Shown piece after piece: positions 1 through 10,361 of a stretch of 64,000 nucleotides of DNA. The translations under genes and the position numbers were made by a program. The stretch lies in assembly GCF_000738915.1 (NCBI RefSeq), contig NW_026515636.1, positions 211,175 through 275,174 of the forward strand. The letters are read 5' to 3'. Each line of letters opens with the position of its first letter. Position 1 is the stretch's first letter. The notes below the pieces were generated by a model. The model was not told the DNA's origin and did not search any database. It saw nothing but the letters and a program-made list of their open reading frames with translations. Source of the stretch: Nematocida ausubeli. Taxonomy: Eukaryota.

Positions 1-181
1 ATAGATCCTCGTCTTCTTCGTTTTGTAGTCGCCTGGATTTTCTTATGGCTATGACAGGCTCAGTCTTATATTCAACTTCATCAATTGTTGCACGGCGTGT
101 CAGGAAGTGCACAAGTGGTGCAGTTGTGTGCGTAAATGGAAAGAGTTCTTTTGCTCTTTTGTATAGCTGAACTAGACTCAT
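1..181 (-). CDS. 5' part of a hypothetical protein running off the window start (MSLVQLYKRAKELFPFTHTTAPLVHFLTRRATIDEVEYK...)
   Basis: ATG at 181-179 directly preceded by GCAAATTT on the minus strand; the frame is open for 60 codons to the window edge (read by hand, absent from the ORF track). Confidence 0.6.
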   Translation of the reverse strand, partial: MSLVQLYKRAKELFPFTHTTAPLVHFLTRRATIDEVEYKTEPVIAIRKSRRLQNEEDEDL

Positions 182-324
182 AAATTTGCTAAAAATAATA
201 CAGTTAAATAAGTGCAACGGAATGTGACTGCACAAAATATCCAAGAATATTGAAAAATAACCGTCTCTAAATGCTCTTTATTTTGTATTCTGGTGATCAT
301 GGGTGTTTACACTGTGGATTTAAA

Positions 325-2004
325 CTATGCCAATGACTCAAATAATAGGATTAGTAGTGGAGACTTTACATAGGGAATTGCAGCCTTAAAGCACGCCTTC
401 AGTGAGACAAGTATTTCATTCTCTTCCTCCGTGGTAAGTTGCTCTCTATGCGGGAGTTCAATGTACATAAAGGCAATGGAGAATACTTTGCTGTAGAACT
501 GTATAAGAAATGGGCTGGTCAGAAGGGATGCCTTCATTATATTGGACATGGCACTTTCCAAGGACTCTGTATACTGCGAGACATTCTCTTCATTAATTAC
601 ACTTTGAAATTCGCTGTCTATCTTTTCAGTGATAAACATACGTACGCCTGTGACAAAGCTAAGTAGAATCTGCTTAATGCGCCATTCACTGTACTGCGAG
701 CACAAGAAGTACTCCACTGCATACAAAGAGTACACAAGCCTAAAGACAATTCGAATCTCAGAGATGGTCTTTGCTGAGAAGAACATTGAAAGAGGCTCTT
801 TCAAGGAAAGCGTAATATCAAGGCCCTGCAGCAGTGACAGATCTTCAATATTTCGCATACGCCGGGCATCATTTATCTCCAAAAGGGTTTTTGCCAAAGA
901 GACTTCATTATGCACAAAAGTAACAGGAGAGGCCCTTACGCCTTCAATGTTTTCCAGAAGGAATGTGCAGTCTCCTAAAAAGGACATAGACGGAGAGTCT
1001 ACATGCTCCTCATATGCAGAGTACCCAGCACTTCCCTTTCTCATTAGGTAGTTCACAAGGGAAATATCCTTCTTCCCTGGAGTGCAAATCATGCGAGAAC
1101 CCATTTCCTGGAAGAGTTCTGCGTACCGGCTGACATCCAAGCCAATTCTGCTGAATAATTCAGAGACACCCTCCTTCCAGCACCTTTTCACAGAAGGACA
1201 CTCACTGATCTGTGCGTAGTACGCATGAAGCTCTGCTTCGTTTATTATGGTGGATCTTCTGTCTAAGCACACGGAAAGAATATTCTTTGTGTAATGTATT
1301 TCTGTCTCTCCTGCAGATCTTCTTATCTTTGAGATCTTCCCTAGCTCAACTAGCTTAAGTATGTACCCAGCCAGGTACTGCGGAATATCTTCTCTTATCC
1401 TGTAGTGACTGCTCCAAAAGCACTCTGCATAATCGTATGTATGCCTTTCCTCAAAGTACCCAGAAGTGTCAAGACCCTCAACCAAACGGACAAGTATTCT
1501 GTTCATTGGGGCACTCAGGGAGCATATTATCCTTGGGGACTGCAGTCTGCTCCTAAGCACGGCATCCAGCAGAAATAAATCACCGACTTTTCTGGACTCT
1601 TCAAGTACCTCAGTCAGCGCAGAGAACAGCTCAATCTCCTTCTGGAAAATAAAAGGAAGGGCTTCAATCTGGACAGGTGCTTGGTCTGCCTCTCTTTTTA
1701 TCTGGTCAACCTTGCACAGATACACTTGAATTTCCTCTTCTACTGCCTGAAACAAGTGCTTTCTTATGAAACCGCTTGAGAAATATGCAGTTTCAACGTA
1801 ATATCGGCACTTCTTTATGCCTGCAATAATTACAAGCAGTTCACGCACTATTTGCAGACTGTTCTTGGATACGGACGAATTCACAAAAGTATCCACTTCA
1901 CACTCATTTGACTGCCTGATTTTAATCGCCTTGCAGTCAATTCCTGCCAAAGCAAATAATAAATCAGAGAGCAAAGGGCTACTCCGGGTCTTCACAGATT
2001 CCAT
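325..2004 (-). CDS. Gamma-tubulin complex component (Spc97/GCP2-like GRIP-domain protein)
   Basis: N-terminal LLSDLLFALAGIDCKAI matches the GRIP1 start 'DLL.aL.Gi.g..I'; FW..HY.I...IP.YL; 'L.....PLSMFFS......IRIVFRL' is GRIP2-like. First ATG at 2004 (the ORF track starts at a TTG, 2028). Confidence 0.75.
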   Translation of the reverse strand: MESVKTRSSPLLSDLLFALAGIDCKAIKIRQSNECEVDTFVNSSVSKNSLQIVRELLVIIAGIKKCRYYVETAYFSSGFIRKHLFQAVEEEIQVYLCKVDQIKREADQAPVQIEALPFIFQKEIELFSALTEVLEESRKVGDLFLLDAVLRSRLQSPRIICSLSAPMNRILVRLVEGLDTSGYFEERHTYDYAECFWSSHYRIREDIPQYLAGYILKLVELGKISKIRRSAGETEIHYTKNILSVCLDRRSTIINEAELHAYYAQISECPSVKRCWKEGVSELFSRIGLDVSRYAELFQEMGSRMICTPGKKDISLVNYLMRKGSAGYSAYEEHVDSPSMSFLGDCTFLLENIEGVRASPVTFVHNEVSLAKTLLEINDARRMRNIEDLSLLQGLDITLSLKEPLSMFFSAKTISEIRIVFRLVYSLYAVEYFLCSQYSEWRIKQILLSFVTGVRMFITEKIDSEFQSVINEENVSQYTESLESAMSNIMKASLLTSPFLIQFYSKVFSIAFMYIELPHREQLTTEEENEILVSLKACFKAAIPYVKSPLLILLFESLA

Positions 2005-2088
2005 GCGCGTGCAAAAATGAAAAACCAATTAATATTATGTTTTGCACTACAATATAAATATATTTTATTTTCGAACATTTTGTTTATA

Positions 2089-5000
2089 ATGAAGATAGAA
2101 ACAACAAGTTTAGTCTCATTCAGTCCAGTCGGATCATTAGCTGCGCTGGGAACAAAAGCAAAAATATTGAATAGCGACTTCTCCTCGGATTCTGTGCTTC
2201 ACATACGGAATACAGAGACAGATGAGACAATTTTCACTAAGGTTGTGCCTTCCAGGTTTAACAGGCTGGAGTGGGGAATGTATGGGGATAAAGTGTTTGT
2301 GGCTGGAGGGCTAGATGCAGGGAATGTTACAATACTCGATGCAACATGCCTGCTTAGTGACGAAAAAGCAGAGCCAAGAGAGCTTGTGTTCAAGAATCAT
2401 GTAAAGACAGATGACGACATTCTGGGAATTGACTTTGCAGGTGCAATGCCGGTGCTGACAACTGGATCGTACTCTGGGAAGATAATGCTCTGGAACCTAA
2501 GAACCCTTGATAAGCCAATGGCCCCAGGAATAACCACAAAGTTTGAAGGAATTAGCTGCCTGCAGTGGAACAAGAATATGCCACAGATTCTGGCTGTAGG
2601 AACAACAGACGGAATGGTAAGCATTCTTGACCTAAGAGGAAAGAGCGAAGTGACACGAATTGGAGATGCATACTTCTCCAAGTCTGAGATAACCTCCCTG
2701 CAGTGGGACCCAAACCCAAATAGTGCACAGCTGGCTGTTTCATCATCTGCACACAGCTCAGTCATTCTTTACGACCTGAGAATATCCAGGGGCACTCCCA
2801 GGCTAGAAGGACACTCTGAGGGAATTCTCAACTGCAAGTGGTCCAGGCACGATCCATCGCTGATTGTTACGTGTGGAAGAGACAACTCAGTTATAGCATG
2901 GGATGCGAATACGTATAAGAAAAGGGGTGTGATGGTTGAAGATTCCGTCTTTGACTTTGCATTCAGCCCTGAGAACCCAGATATGATTGCATACTCCTCA
3001 TACAACGGGTATGTGGTCATGGATACGCTCACCTCCTTGAATGCCAGGTCGCCTTTCTTGGATAAAATTCCAGAGTGGCAGAAGCAGGGCGCAGGAATGT
3101 GCTTTACCAGCCAGGGGATTTTTGTCTCAGAAGAGAAAGGCCCTCGTCTCAGAAAGTGGGTTAGCGATGTGAACAAGAACTCGTACGAGTGGAAGGTGCT
3201 TGATGCATACGAGAAAGAGCACCCAAGAAGGGAAATCATGAAGATTCTCAACTCCACTGGGGAGAAAAGCCCAATCCTTGAGCAGGCTAAAGAGGAAGAG
3301 GAAGGTGAAGATGAGAAAAAGAGTGATGAGAGCTCTCTGAAGATCGATGAAGAAGACCCAATCACGGAGAAGCTCATTCAAGGAAACTTTTCTTCTGCTT
3401 TCTCACTGGCTCTTGCAGAAAATGCACACTTGGCTGCTCTCATTGCACTGTGCGACGGACCCAATGTTCTTAAAAGAGAAAAGGAAAGGATTCTTAAGGC
3501 ACCAGGCGCATCCTCAAGCTTCTTGCTGGTTCTTTCAATTTTGTCAGGTGACTACAGCGGACTTATAAAGAATAATGTGGATTGGACGGTTATTGTGAAA
3601 ATACTTGGAAGCCACTGTGCAGACGAAGAGTTTATTCCTAAGGTGCGTGCAGTAGCTGAGTGCCTCGAGAAGAAAGACCCAGACTCTGCAAAGATATGCT
3701 ACCTAATTGCACGGGATGTCCAGAAGTACCAGGAAATAGAAGAGAGAAAGACAGAAAAGCCAAAGACCATCTTTGAGGCAGTCCAGTTCTTCAAGAACTT
3801 TGACAAAGTATTTGCTGTTGTGGAAAGAGGCGCACTTCTAATGAACCAAAAGATCTCTATAGATGAAAATACAATCGAGTATCTGAAGCACCTCATGGAC
3901 AGAGGAGAAAAGAAGAGAGTCCTTTCCTTCATAAAGTCACTTAACCCAAAGTCAGCACAAGCAGCAGAAGAAGAGCTAAACCTTCCAAGTACATCTGCAC
4001 CCGGTAGAACACAGAATGCAAATGTGCACCAGCAAGTAAACAGCATGAACATACACCAAAGAACACCGCAGCCATTCGCAGGGCAGGGACAGCCAAAACC
4101 AAACCCATACACACCGCATGCACCAATGCCACAGAAGCCAAACACAATGCCTTCAGCCTCTCCGTTTGCTGCAGGCCCAGCAACAAGCAATTTATATAGC
4201 AGAGATGCAGGCGCAGCACCCTTCCCACCACAGGCACAAAAGCAAAGTGCACCGCAGCATGAGCAGCCGCAAAGCTTCTTCTCACAGCCACGCATGGCCA
4301 TGCCAGGAATGACCCCAGGATATACTGCAAACCCGGCAAACCACCAGCAGAACACAGTCTCTGCAGTGCCCGCCCCAAACATTGGAGGCAGAACAGGACC
4401 AAAAGTATCCTTTGCAAAGCCACAAATGCCAGAGTCACCCTTAAATCGAGTGGCAGCACAGTCCTATCATAACATGCCAGGGCCAGCCTATCATAATACA
4501 CCAGCAAATGGGCCAGCAATGCCAAATATGCCAATGGGCAGTCAAAGCATACCAAACAGACCGAATATGCCAGCCAGACCAAGTATGCCCATGCAGCAGC
4601 CAATGCAAAATATGCCTACAAGCAGTCAATCTACGCCTATGCCAAATATGCCAGCCAGACCAAGTATGCCAAATATGCCAATGCAACAGCCAATGAGTGG
4701 ACAGAGTATGCAGAATATGCCATCCAGACCAAATATGCCAAATATGCCAATGCAACAGCCAATGAGTGGTCAGAATGTGCCCATGCGCACTGCTCCATTA
4801 AGGCAGCCTGAGTTTCAATTTGGTGCAGGCGGCAGTCAAACTCCCTCGCATGGAAGTGGTGAAGTCCCTAGAATGCCATATATGCCTAGCAGTGCAGTAA
4901 ATACTCCTGGAATGCAGGGAGGAATGGGTACACCAATGAAGCCTGCATTTACACCAATGAGTGACAGAGTGGGCACACCCTACCCAGATGCACCGCAGGA

Positions 5001-5463
5001 ATATGCACGCCCTGGAATGAACCACCATAATCCATTCCCAGGAATGGGTCACTCTGCGCGAGCACAGCAGCAGAAACAGCCAGAGCTTGTTGTAACACCA
5101 GAAATGGAGAAGACGTATGCAGACCTGTCTAAGCTAATTGACTTCCTGTTGGGAATGATTCATAATAAGAAGGGTGCATTAAAGGGATGGCTTCTTAAGT
5201 CAATTGACCCAAAGATTGTTATTCTGAGAAAGCATCTTTCGGAGAAAAAGTGGTCATCTAATTTCCTCACACGAATGGATGGATTCCTGCATAAAATATC
5301 CGAAATGGGAATATCTGAGGGATCATCAGTGCCTGTGTCAGCAGAGCAGCTGGATGCCATCCGTAAAGAAGGCGATGCTATTTGTGCAACTAGGCCATAT
5401 GGCACAGAGATTGAGATATGGATGCCTGCTATATACAGTCTCTTGAAGGTGGCCCTACACTAA
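2089..5463 (+). CDS. SEC31: COPII coat protein Sec31 (WD40 propeller, alpha-solenoid, Pro-rich region, C-terminal helical domain)
   Basis: LAALGTKA...SDFSSDS, SRFNRLEWG, GHSEGILNCKWSRHDPSLIVTCGRDN are Sec31 WD signatures; long Pro/Met/Gln-rich linker; C-terminal 'IWMPAIYSLL'. Likely start MKIETT at 2089. Confidence 0.88.
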   Translation: MKIETTSLVSFSPVGSLAALGTKAKILNSDFSSDSVLHIRNTETDETIFTKVVPSRFNRLEWGMYGDKVFVAGGLDAGNVTILDATCLLSDEKAEPRELVFKNHVKTDDDILGIDFAGAMPVLTTGSYSGKIMLWNLRTLDKPMAPGITTKFEGISCLQWNKNMPQILAVGTTDGMVSILDLRGKSEVTRIGDAYFSKSEITSLQWDPNPNSAQLAVSSSAHSSVILYDLRISRGTPRLEGHSEGILNCKWSRHDPSLIVTCGRDNSVIAWDANTYKKRGVMVEDSVFDFAFSPENPDMIAYSSYNGYVVMDTLTSLNARSPFLDKIPEWQKQGAGMCFTSQGIFVSEEKGPRLRKWVSDVNKNSYEWKVLDAYEKEHPRREIMKILNSTGEKSPILEQAKEEEEGEDEKKSDESSLKIDEEDPITEKLIQGNFSSAFSLALAENAHLAALIALCDGPNVLKREKERILKAPGASSSFLLVLSILSGDYSGLIKNNVDWTVIVKILGSHCADEEFIPKVRAVAECLEKKDPDSAKICYLIARDVQKYQEIEERKTEKPKTIFEAVQFFKNFDKVFAVVERGALLMNQKISIDENTIEYLKHLMDRGEKKRVLSFIKSLNPKSAQAAEEELNLPSTSAPGRTQNANVHQQVNSMNIHQRTPQPFAGQGQPKPNPYTPHAPMPQKPNTMPSASPFAAGPATSNLYSRDAGAAPFPPQAQKQSAPQHEQPQSFFSQPRMAMPGMTPGYTANPANHQQNTVSAVPAPNIGGRTGPKVSFAKPQMPESPLNRVAAQSYHNMPGPAYHNTPANGPAMPNMPMGSQSIPNRPNMPARPSMPMQQPMQNMPTSSQSTPMPNMPARPSMPNMPMQQPMSGQSMQNMPSRPNMPNMPMQQPMSGQNVPMRTAPLRQPEFQFGAGGSQTPSHGSGEVPRMPYMPSSAVNTPGMQGGMGTPMKPAFTPMSDRVGTPYPDAPQEYARPGMNHHNPFPGMGHSARAQQQKQPELVVTPEMEKTYADLSKLIDFLLGMIHNKKGALKGWLLKSIDPKIVILRKHLSEKKWSSNFLTRMDGFLHKISEMGISEGSSVPVSAEQLDAIRKEGDAICATRPYGTEIEIWMPAIYSLLKVALH
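4518..4775 (+). repeat. Coding tandem repeats (MPNMP/MPARPSMP/MQQPMSGQ) in the Sec31 Pro-rich region
   Basis: Repeated ATGCCAAATATGCCA, CCAGCCAGACCAAGTATGCC and ATGCAACAGCCAATGAGTGG units. Confidence 0.85.
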
Positions 5464-5997
5464 AATAAATCAAATGTGATTTCTTGTCTATTCATTGTCT
5501 GTGCTGCGGTTATTTCATGGGAAATCCAACAGAATTATTTTTCATGCGAAAGCACCAGATACAGCCTAATACTAACTTTATATGTGAATTATGCTGTGGC
5601 TGCCATTAAAGGCTCTTTTTCTGGTATTTCTGCAGAGTTTCTGGTCTATTAATTACTTAGCAAGAAGAGTGGAATATAAGGCTACATATACTGCCAGATA
5701 AATGCTGAATGCACTAGTAATATGGCACATAAATGTGAAAATATTCAAAGTCTGTGTGGAATAAGCACTTCTTGCTATTCAAGAGGCTAAGCAGATTTGT
5801 CTACAGAATGGAAATAATAGAAAGGAATAGTCTAATAATACTCATATTTATAGATATTTGGGCTAGCCTGTTTAGTCATTATATAAATATATGGGCTAGA
5901 GTTAGGTTGTATATTTTGTCGTTTAATTCGCATTCTACTATATTTACACAGAAAATGCTCTTCTATGTATCTAAGCATGCAGAAAATACTTGACTTT

Positions 5998-7116
5998 CTA
6001 GTTTGGAATAGAGAGAAGATAAAGACGCTCCTTGACCCCAAAGTACAAACTGCGTGCACTGCATGTGAACCCACCAATGTAGCTTAGGCCCTTGCTTGGT
6101 GGGAAGGTGGTGATTACTTTTTCTTCTTTTGCGTTGTACATTCGAATGCCATTGCTCTTTTCCCTGTCACCAAAGACAAGAATGCCCATCTCTTCAATGT
6201 AGCTGACAGAAGTGACATTCTCCAAGTTACTTAGCTCTTTCTTTACTTCAAGCGTGCTTTTCTGGAAGATGGAAAGTCCTCCCTTTCCACCAACTGCCAC
6301 GGAGTCATTGAAAATGCAGAGTGCATGCGGGCCAACAAGAACTTCTGACTCAGCAACGGACTCTTTCATTTTTCTGGAATATCTTACTAGCTTACTTCTT
6401 AGAAGCACCATAAAGTACTCCCCGTCCTCTACAAGATCCTCTACCTTTTCTTCCATCTCTATTCTGTCAACCAGTAAGGCATTATGATTATATACGAGCA
6501 GTGACCTACCAGAAACAAGCACACAGCCACTTTCTATTCTTATTATTTTACTATATGCCTTGTCCTTGTACTGGTACAGATTCACTTCGTTTATTGCGCC
6601 TGTCTCTGGGTTTATTATGCTGAATGCATGGAATAACTTTGTTAGTGCCAATATATTGCCATTTTCGCAGACTATAAAGTCCTTGAAAAGTCTTTCCTTC
6701 AAGCCTTTTTTGACTTCAATTCTTTGCAATGGCTTCTGCTCCTCCTCTGACTGGTCTAGTAGATATATGTGGCCAGTTCTGTCCAGTAGGTAAATGCGCT
6801 CATTCACAGTCACCACCTTCACTATTCCCCTTCTAATTGTAAGAATGTGCTTTGTTGTGTACTTTAGTATGTTCTTAGTGAGAGCCTTTGTTTTTCGGAC
6901 CTGCCCTGGTCTCTTTTCTATTTTTTCAACTGTCCAGTGATTATTCTCGTCTCCTTCTTCTGAGTCACTCCACATGTTCTCCTCCTCAGATGATTCGTCG
7001 TTCTTTGCGTTTAACTGGAAAAACTCTTCTGAGTCTATTTCGTTTTCCTCTGATGCGCTCTCTGCATGCTCCTGTGCATCTGTTTCTACTGCATCTTCAA
7101 TAAGTCTGAACTTCAT
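5998..7116 (-). CDS. UTP18: U3 snoRNA-associated WD40 protein, Utp18-like
   Basis: Acidic N-terminus with WSDSEE; beta-propeller pattern; C-terminal GDREKSNGIRMYNAKEEKVITTFP resembles the Utp18 'alRlvh.ps..vf.nfP' end. ATG at 7116 (the ORF track uses GTG 7137). Confidence 0.6.
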   Translation of the reverse strand: MKFRLIEDAVETDAQEHAESASEENEIDSEEFFQLNAKNDESSEEENMWSDSEEGDENNHWTVEKIEKRPGQVRKTKALTKNILKYTTKHILTIRRGIVKVVTVNERIYLLDRTGHIYLLDQSEEEQKPLQRIEVKKGLKERLFKDFIVCENGNILALTKLFHAFSIINPETGAINEVNLYQYKDKAYSKIIRIESGCVLVSGRSLLVYNHNALLVDRIEMEEKVEDLVEDGEYFMVLLRSKLVRYSRKMKESVAESEVLVGPHALCIFNDSVAVGGKGGLSIFQKSTLEVKKELSNLENVTSVSYIEEMGILVFGDREKSNGIRMYNAKEEKVITTFPPSKGLSYIGGFTCSARSLYFGVKERLYLLSIPN

Positions 7117-7261
7117 TTGAAATTGTAAATTTTTCACTTGGAAAATTATTTAGCCAGTGATTTTCAGTTAGACGCGGATCTAGATTGCATGGATGCGCGA
7201 TTGGTCACTTAAACGGGGTAAATATTTCGCAACTATTAAACTAAAACACTAAGGAGAACCC

Positions 7262-7906
7262 ATGATGGAGAAACAAGAAATGATGATTAACAACGATGTG
7301 GATAATTCTATTATGTTACTGCAGCCAGATAATGAAAGTATATGCGAGTCTGCAGAGACAAAAGAAACTAAAATGTTTGCGCAGCCGACAGAAATGTCCA
7401 TTACTTCTTTGGATAACATCAAGTATGCAAATGAGAACAACTTGGAAACACAGTACATAGATGAGCAGGAGACAGAGCAGGTTGAAGAGGACGAATGCTA
7501 CACCATAAACGAAGAAATCTGCGAGGACGAGAGTCTTATAGAGGGCGAAAAAGAGCCACTCTATGAGTGCCCTGTGGAGCAGCCAAAGAAGGAAGAGAAA
7601 GCTCAGCCATTCCGCCTAGAAAACATGGCTTCGCAGAAAAGCGCGCTGCAGATTACTGAGGAGTACATGAGCTCTCTTTCCCTTGTCCAGCAGAACATCA
7701 TTAGAATGGAGATGGAGATCTCTCGGCAGACACAAGCTGCAAGAGACCAGTGGGTTCCAAAGAGAGAGATACTTAAGGAGGATTTTATATACGTTCCAAT
7801 TAAAGGCGGTCTATGGGTTAAGTCAGAGCCAAAGGCAGTAGAGAAGAAGCAAGGGTTCTTTAGAAAGCTATTCGGATGCTTAAACCCATTTTCAACAAGC
7901 GCGTAA
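7262..7906 (+). CDS. Hypothetical acidic protein with a short coiled coil and an amphipathic C-terminus (GFFRKLFGCL)
   Basis: 214-aa ORF; ATG preceded by CCC (microsporidian start context); AATAAA shortly after the stop. Confidence 0.75.
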   Translation: MMEKQEMMINNDVDNSIMLLQPDNESICESAETKETKMFAQPTEMSITSLDNIKYANENNLETQYIDEQETEQVEEDECYTINEEICEDESLIEGEKEPLYECPVEQPKKEEKAQPFRLENMASQKSALQITEEYMSSLSLVQQNIIRMEMEISRQTQAARDQWVPKREILKEDFIYVPIKGGLWVKSEPKAVEKKQGFFRKLFGCLNPFSTSA

Positions 7907-8105
7907 GGGGTGTATGTATTCAATAAATAGAAACTATATTCTCACCGGCCTCGGTCTATTTTTCGATGCTATTTCACTAAACAACAACTATCTTGGAAAG
8001 TTTATTCATGTTTGGGGGCCTTTACTCTTTTGCAGTTCATGCCCCTTTCTATATTAATTTTTAGTACATGCCTTTCTCTGTCTCTCTGCAGATTTATCTT
8101 TCCAT

Positions 8106-9557
8106 CTATGGTGCTGCTTCTTCTGCTTTTTCTATTTCTGCAGTTTCTTCTACTCTTTCCATTTCTGCAGTCTCTGGTGCTTTTTCAGAAGAAGTCTCTT
8201 TTCTTACAAAGTGGAAGAGACACTCTACGTCCTTTGTATATGGGAACATGTCCAGAATGTAAATCTTCTGCAGCGCATAGTGCACTGCTATATTCTTGAT
8301 GTTACTAAAAACCGATGTATAAGAGCAGCTTACATAGAATATTTCGGATATTTCTGGGTTAGATGTAATGGCTTTAACAAGTTTATCTGATATTCCTGAT
8401 CTGGGCGGATCAATAACTGCAGACGCGCCTCCTTTGATTTCGCTCAGAACCTGCGGAAGGGTCTTCTCAACTGACCCACAGCAGTATTGTGCGTTCACGC
8501 CGTTTTCTTTTGCATTTCTTTTTGCGTCGTTGATTGATTCCTCTGATATTTCCAAGCCAATCACCTTTTTCTCTGTATTCTTGGCTATGCATATGCCAAG
8601 AAGCCCCGACCCACAGCAGATATCCAGCAGCGTATCTGTCTGTATACTATCCTGGAGAGTTTTAGTGAGTATTTCTGCAACAGACGAATTTACCTGGAAA
8701 AACCCAAGTGGGAACACCTGGAACACACACCCATTTAAGTGCACTTTGTACTCTTTTTGTGCTCCCTTAACCTGGTGCACATCTGCAGTTCTGAGAATCC
8801 CATCGAATACGCCTGTAGAGCAGGAGATAAACACGTCCTCTGGAAGCGTCTGTGCAAATTCCATAATAAGAGGATTCTCTAGCGCCTCCTTCATTGTCTC
8901 ACAGTTCACCTGCAGAATGTTTATAAAATGCTCTCCTATTCTTCGGAGAACAAGAAGCCGCAGAAACCCACCTTTTGTCAATCTGTTAAAAACGTATCCT
9001 GACCGATCTGACAAATACCCATTGATCTTTTCAACCACAGCCAGCATTTCCTCAGAGGTGTTAAACACGCACTCTCTTGGGTCTGCAACCAAGTTTGGGG
9101 CTGATGTGAACTTGGTGGGTCTAAATCCAAGCATTTCTTTGCCCTCGTTTGAAAATCCAAAAGTGAACTCGCATTTGTTCCTGTATCCCATCTGAACAGG
9201 CGACTGTATCATCTGAATCTGCCCTTCTGTGCACTGCAGGAATGAGTAGTAGTCAGAAACCTCCTTTGCCTTCTTCTCCAGCTGCTCTTCATATGACATT
9301 GTGTTCAGCGGAGTGACTATGTCTTTAAGCGCTTTTTCTTCCCTCTTCAGCTTTCTAATGTCAAGTGCTTTGTTCCTAAATATGATATCAGGCAGGGTCT
9401 CTTCGGGTGTAATTAAAATAGCCAGTCTTTTATAGTCTCGAAAGGAAAGAGTAAAGTTCTCGTGCCCCAGGCTCTCTTTAATTACCTTCAGAAGTGCTTC
9501 TCTTTTCGTCTGTTTTTTTATATTGTGTATTCTCCACGTGGTAGTATTGCACTCCAT
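8106..9557 (-). CDS. TRM2: tRNA (uracil-54, C5)-methyltransferase, Trm2/TRMT2 family
   Basis: GYRNKCEFTFG, GFFQVN, LLDICCGSGLLG (SAM motif I), IDPPRSG, YVSC (catalytic Cys), DMFPYTKDVE. Confidence 0.92.
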   Translation of the reverse strand: MECNTTTWRIHNIKKQTKREALLKVIKESLGHENFTLSFRDYKRLAILITPEETLPDIIFRNKALDIRKLKREEKALKDIVTPLNTMSYEEQLEKKAKEVSDYYSFLQCTEGQIQMIQSPVQMGYRNKCEFTFGFSNEGKEMLGFRPTKFTSAPNLVADPRECVFNTSEEMLAVVEKINGYLSDRSGYVFNRLTKGGFLRLLVLRRIGEHFINILQVNCETMKEALENPLIMEFAQTLPEDVFISCSTGVFDGILRTADVHQVKGAQKEYKVHLNGCVFQVFPLGFFQVNSSVAEILTKTLQDSIQTDTLLDICCGSGLLGICIAKNTEKKVIGLEISEESINDAKRNAKENGVNAQYCCGSVEKTLPQVLSEIKGGASAVIDPPRSGISDKLVKAITSNPEISEIFYVSCSYTSVFSNIKNIAVHYALQKIYILDMFPYTKDVECLFHFVRKETSSEKAPETAEMERVEETAEIEKAEEAAP

Positions 9558-10361
9558 TAAATAAAAATTTGCAGGCCCTGCCCTCTCTCTTTATAGTATT
9601 GTTCTAATTATATTGTTATATTCCATGCAGTCACGACTACTTTTTAATACAGATATAAGAATGTGCTATCTGTATCCAACTACAGCAAAGAGCATGAAGG
9701 TGTCAAGCAAAAAATCTAATGGAAGATATAACCCGAAGTATGAAAAAAGCAGCTTCTATTAAGTTTTGTCTTGTTTTATTTTATTCTGCTCATTTCTTGA
9801 GTGAAATATGTACTATGCAGCATTTTGGACATATTTAAGCCCGTGTGTCCACTGATATAAACTGAAGTATACTTGGCTCTACTTTTATACAGCTCAGTGT
9901 ACTTCCTATACTAAAGCCCTCTACCAGTTTAAGCCCCCATTAAGTAGAGAATAATATACGCTGGGTGTTTATTAATTATAATAGTTTATTTGTGGTCTGA
10001 AATGTTCTGCTATTTGTGGCATGTAATTCTAAGACGTATTTTTATTTTTAAGCAATATGCGCACCATTGCAAATATCGTTCAAAAATGCAGACTGCGCAA
10101 ACGCCCTCATATTCTTCTGTTCTAGGAGAATGGGTTATGCAGTCTGCGGTATGCTTTGTGTAAAATCTTATGGCATGGATGATATTAACAACAAAAAGGA
10201 TGGTTTTGATTAGCACAACAAGATACTCATTTGTTTATTTATTTTGATAAATACACCCGAATTAAATTAAAGCCAAGCTACTTGGAGAGCTGAGATTTCG
10301 AATATAACCCGAATAATGTCTTTTAAGAGGCCAAGCCAGTCTCAAGGAAACAAGGCTGTAA

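Noticed and set aside
2017..2088. Upstream ATG making Sec31 start only 12 bp from the gamma-tubulin complex gene
   Set aside because: The 24 extra codons are AT-rich promoter-like sequence; Sec31 homology begins at MKIETT (2089).
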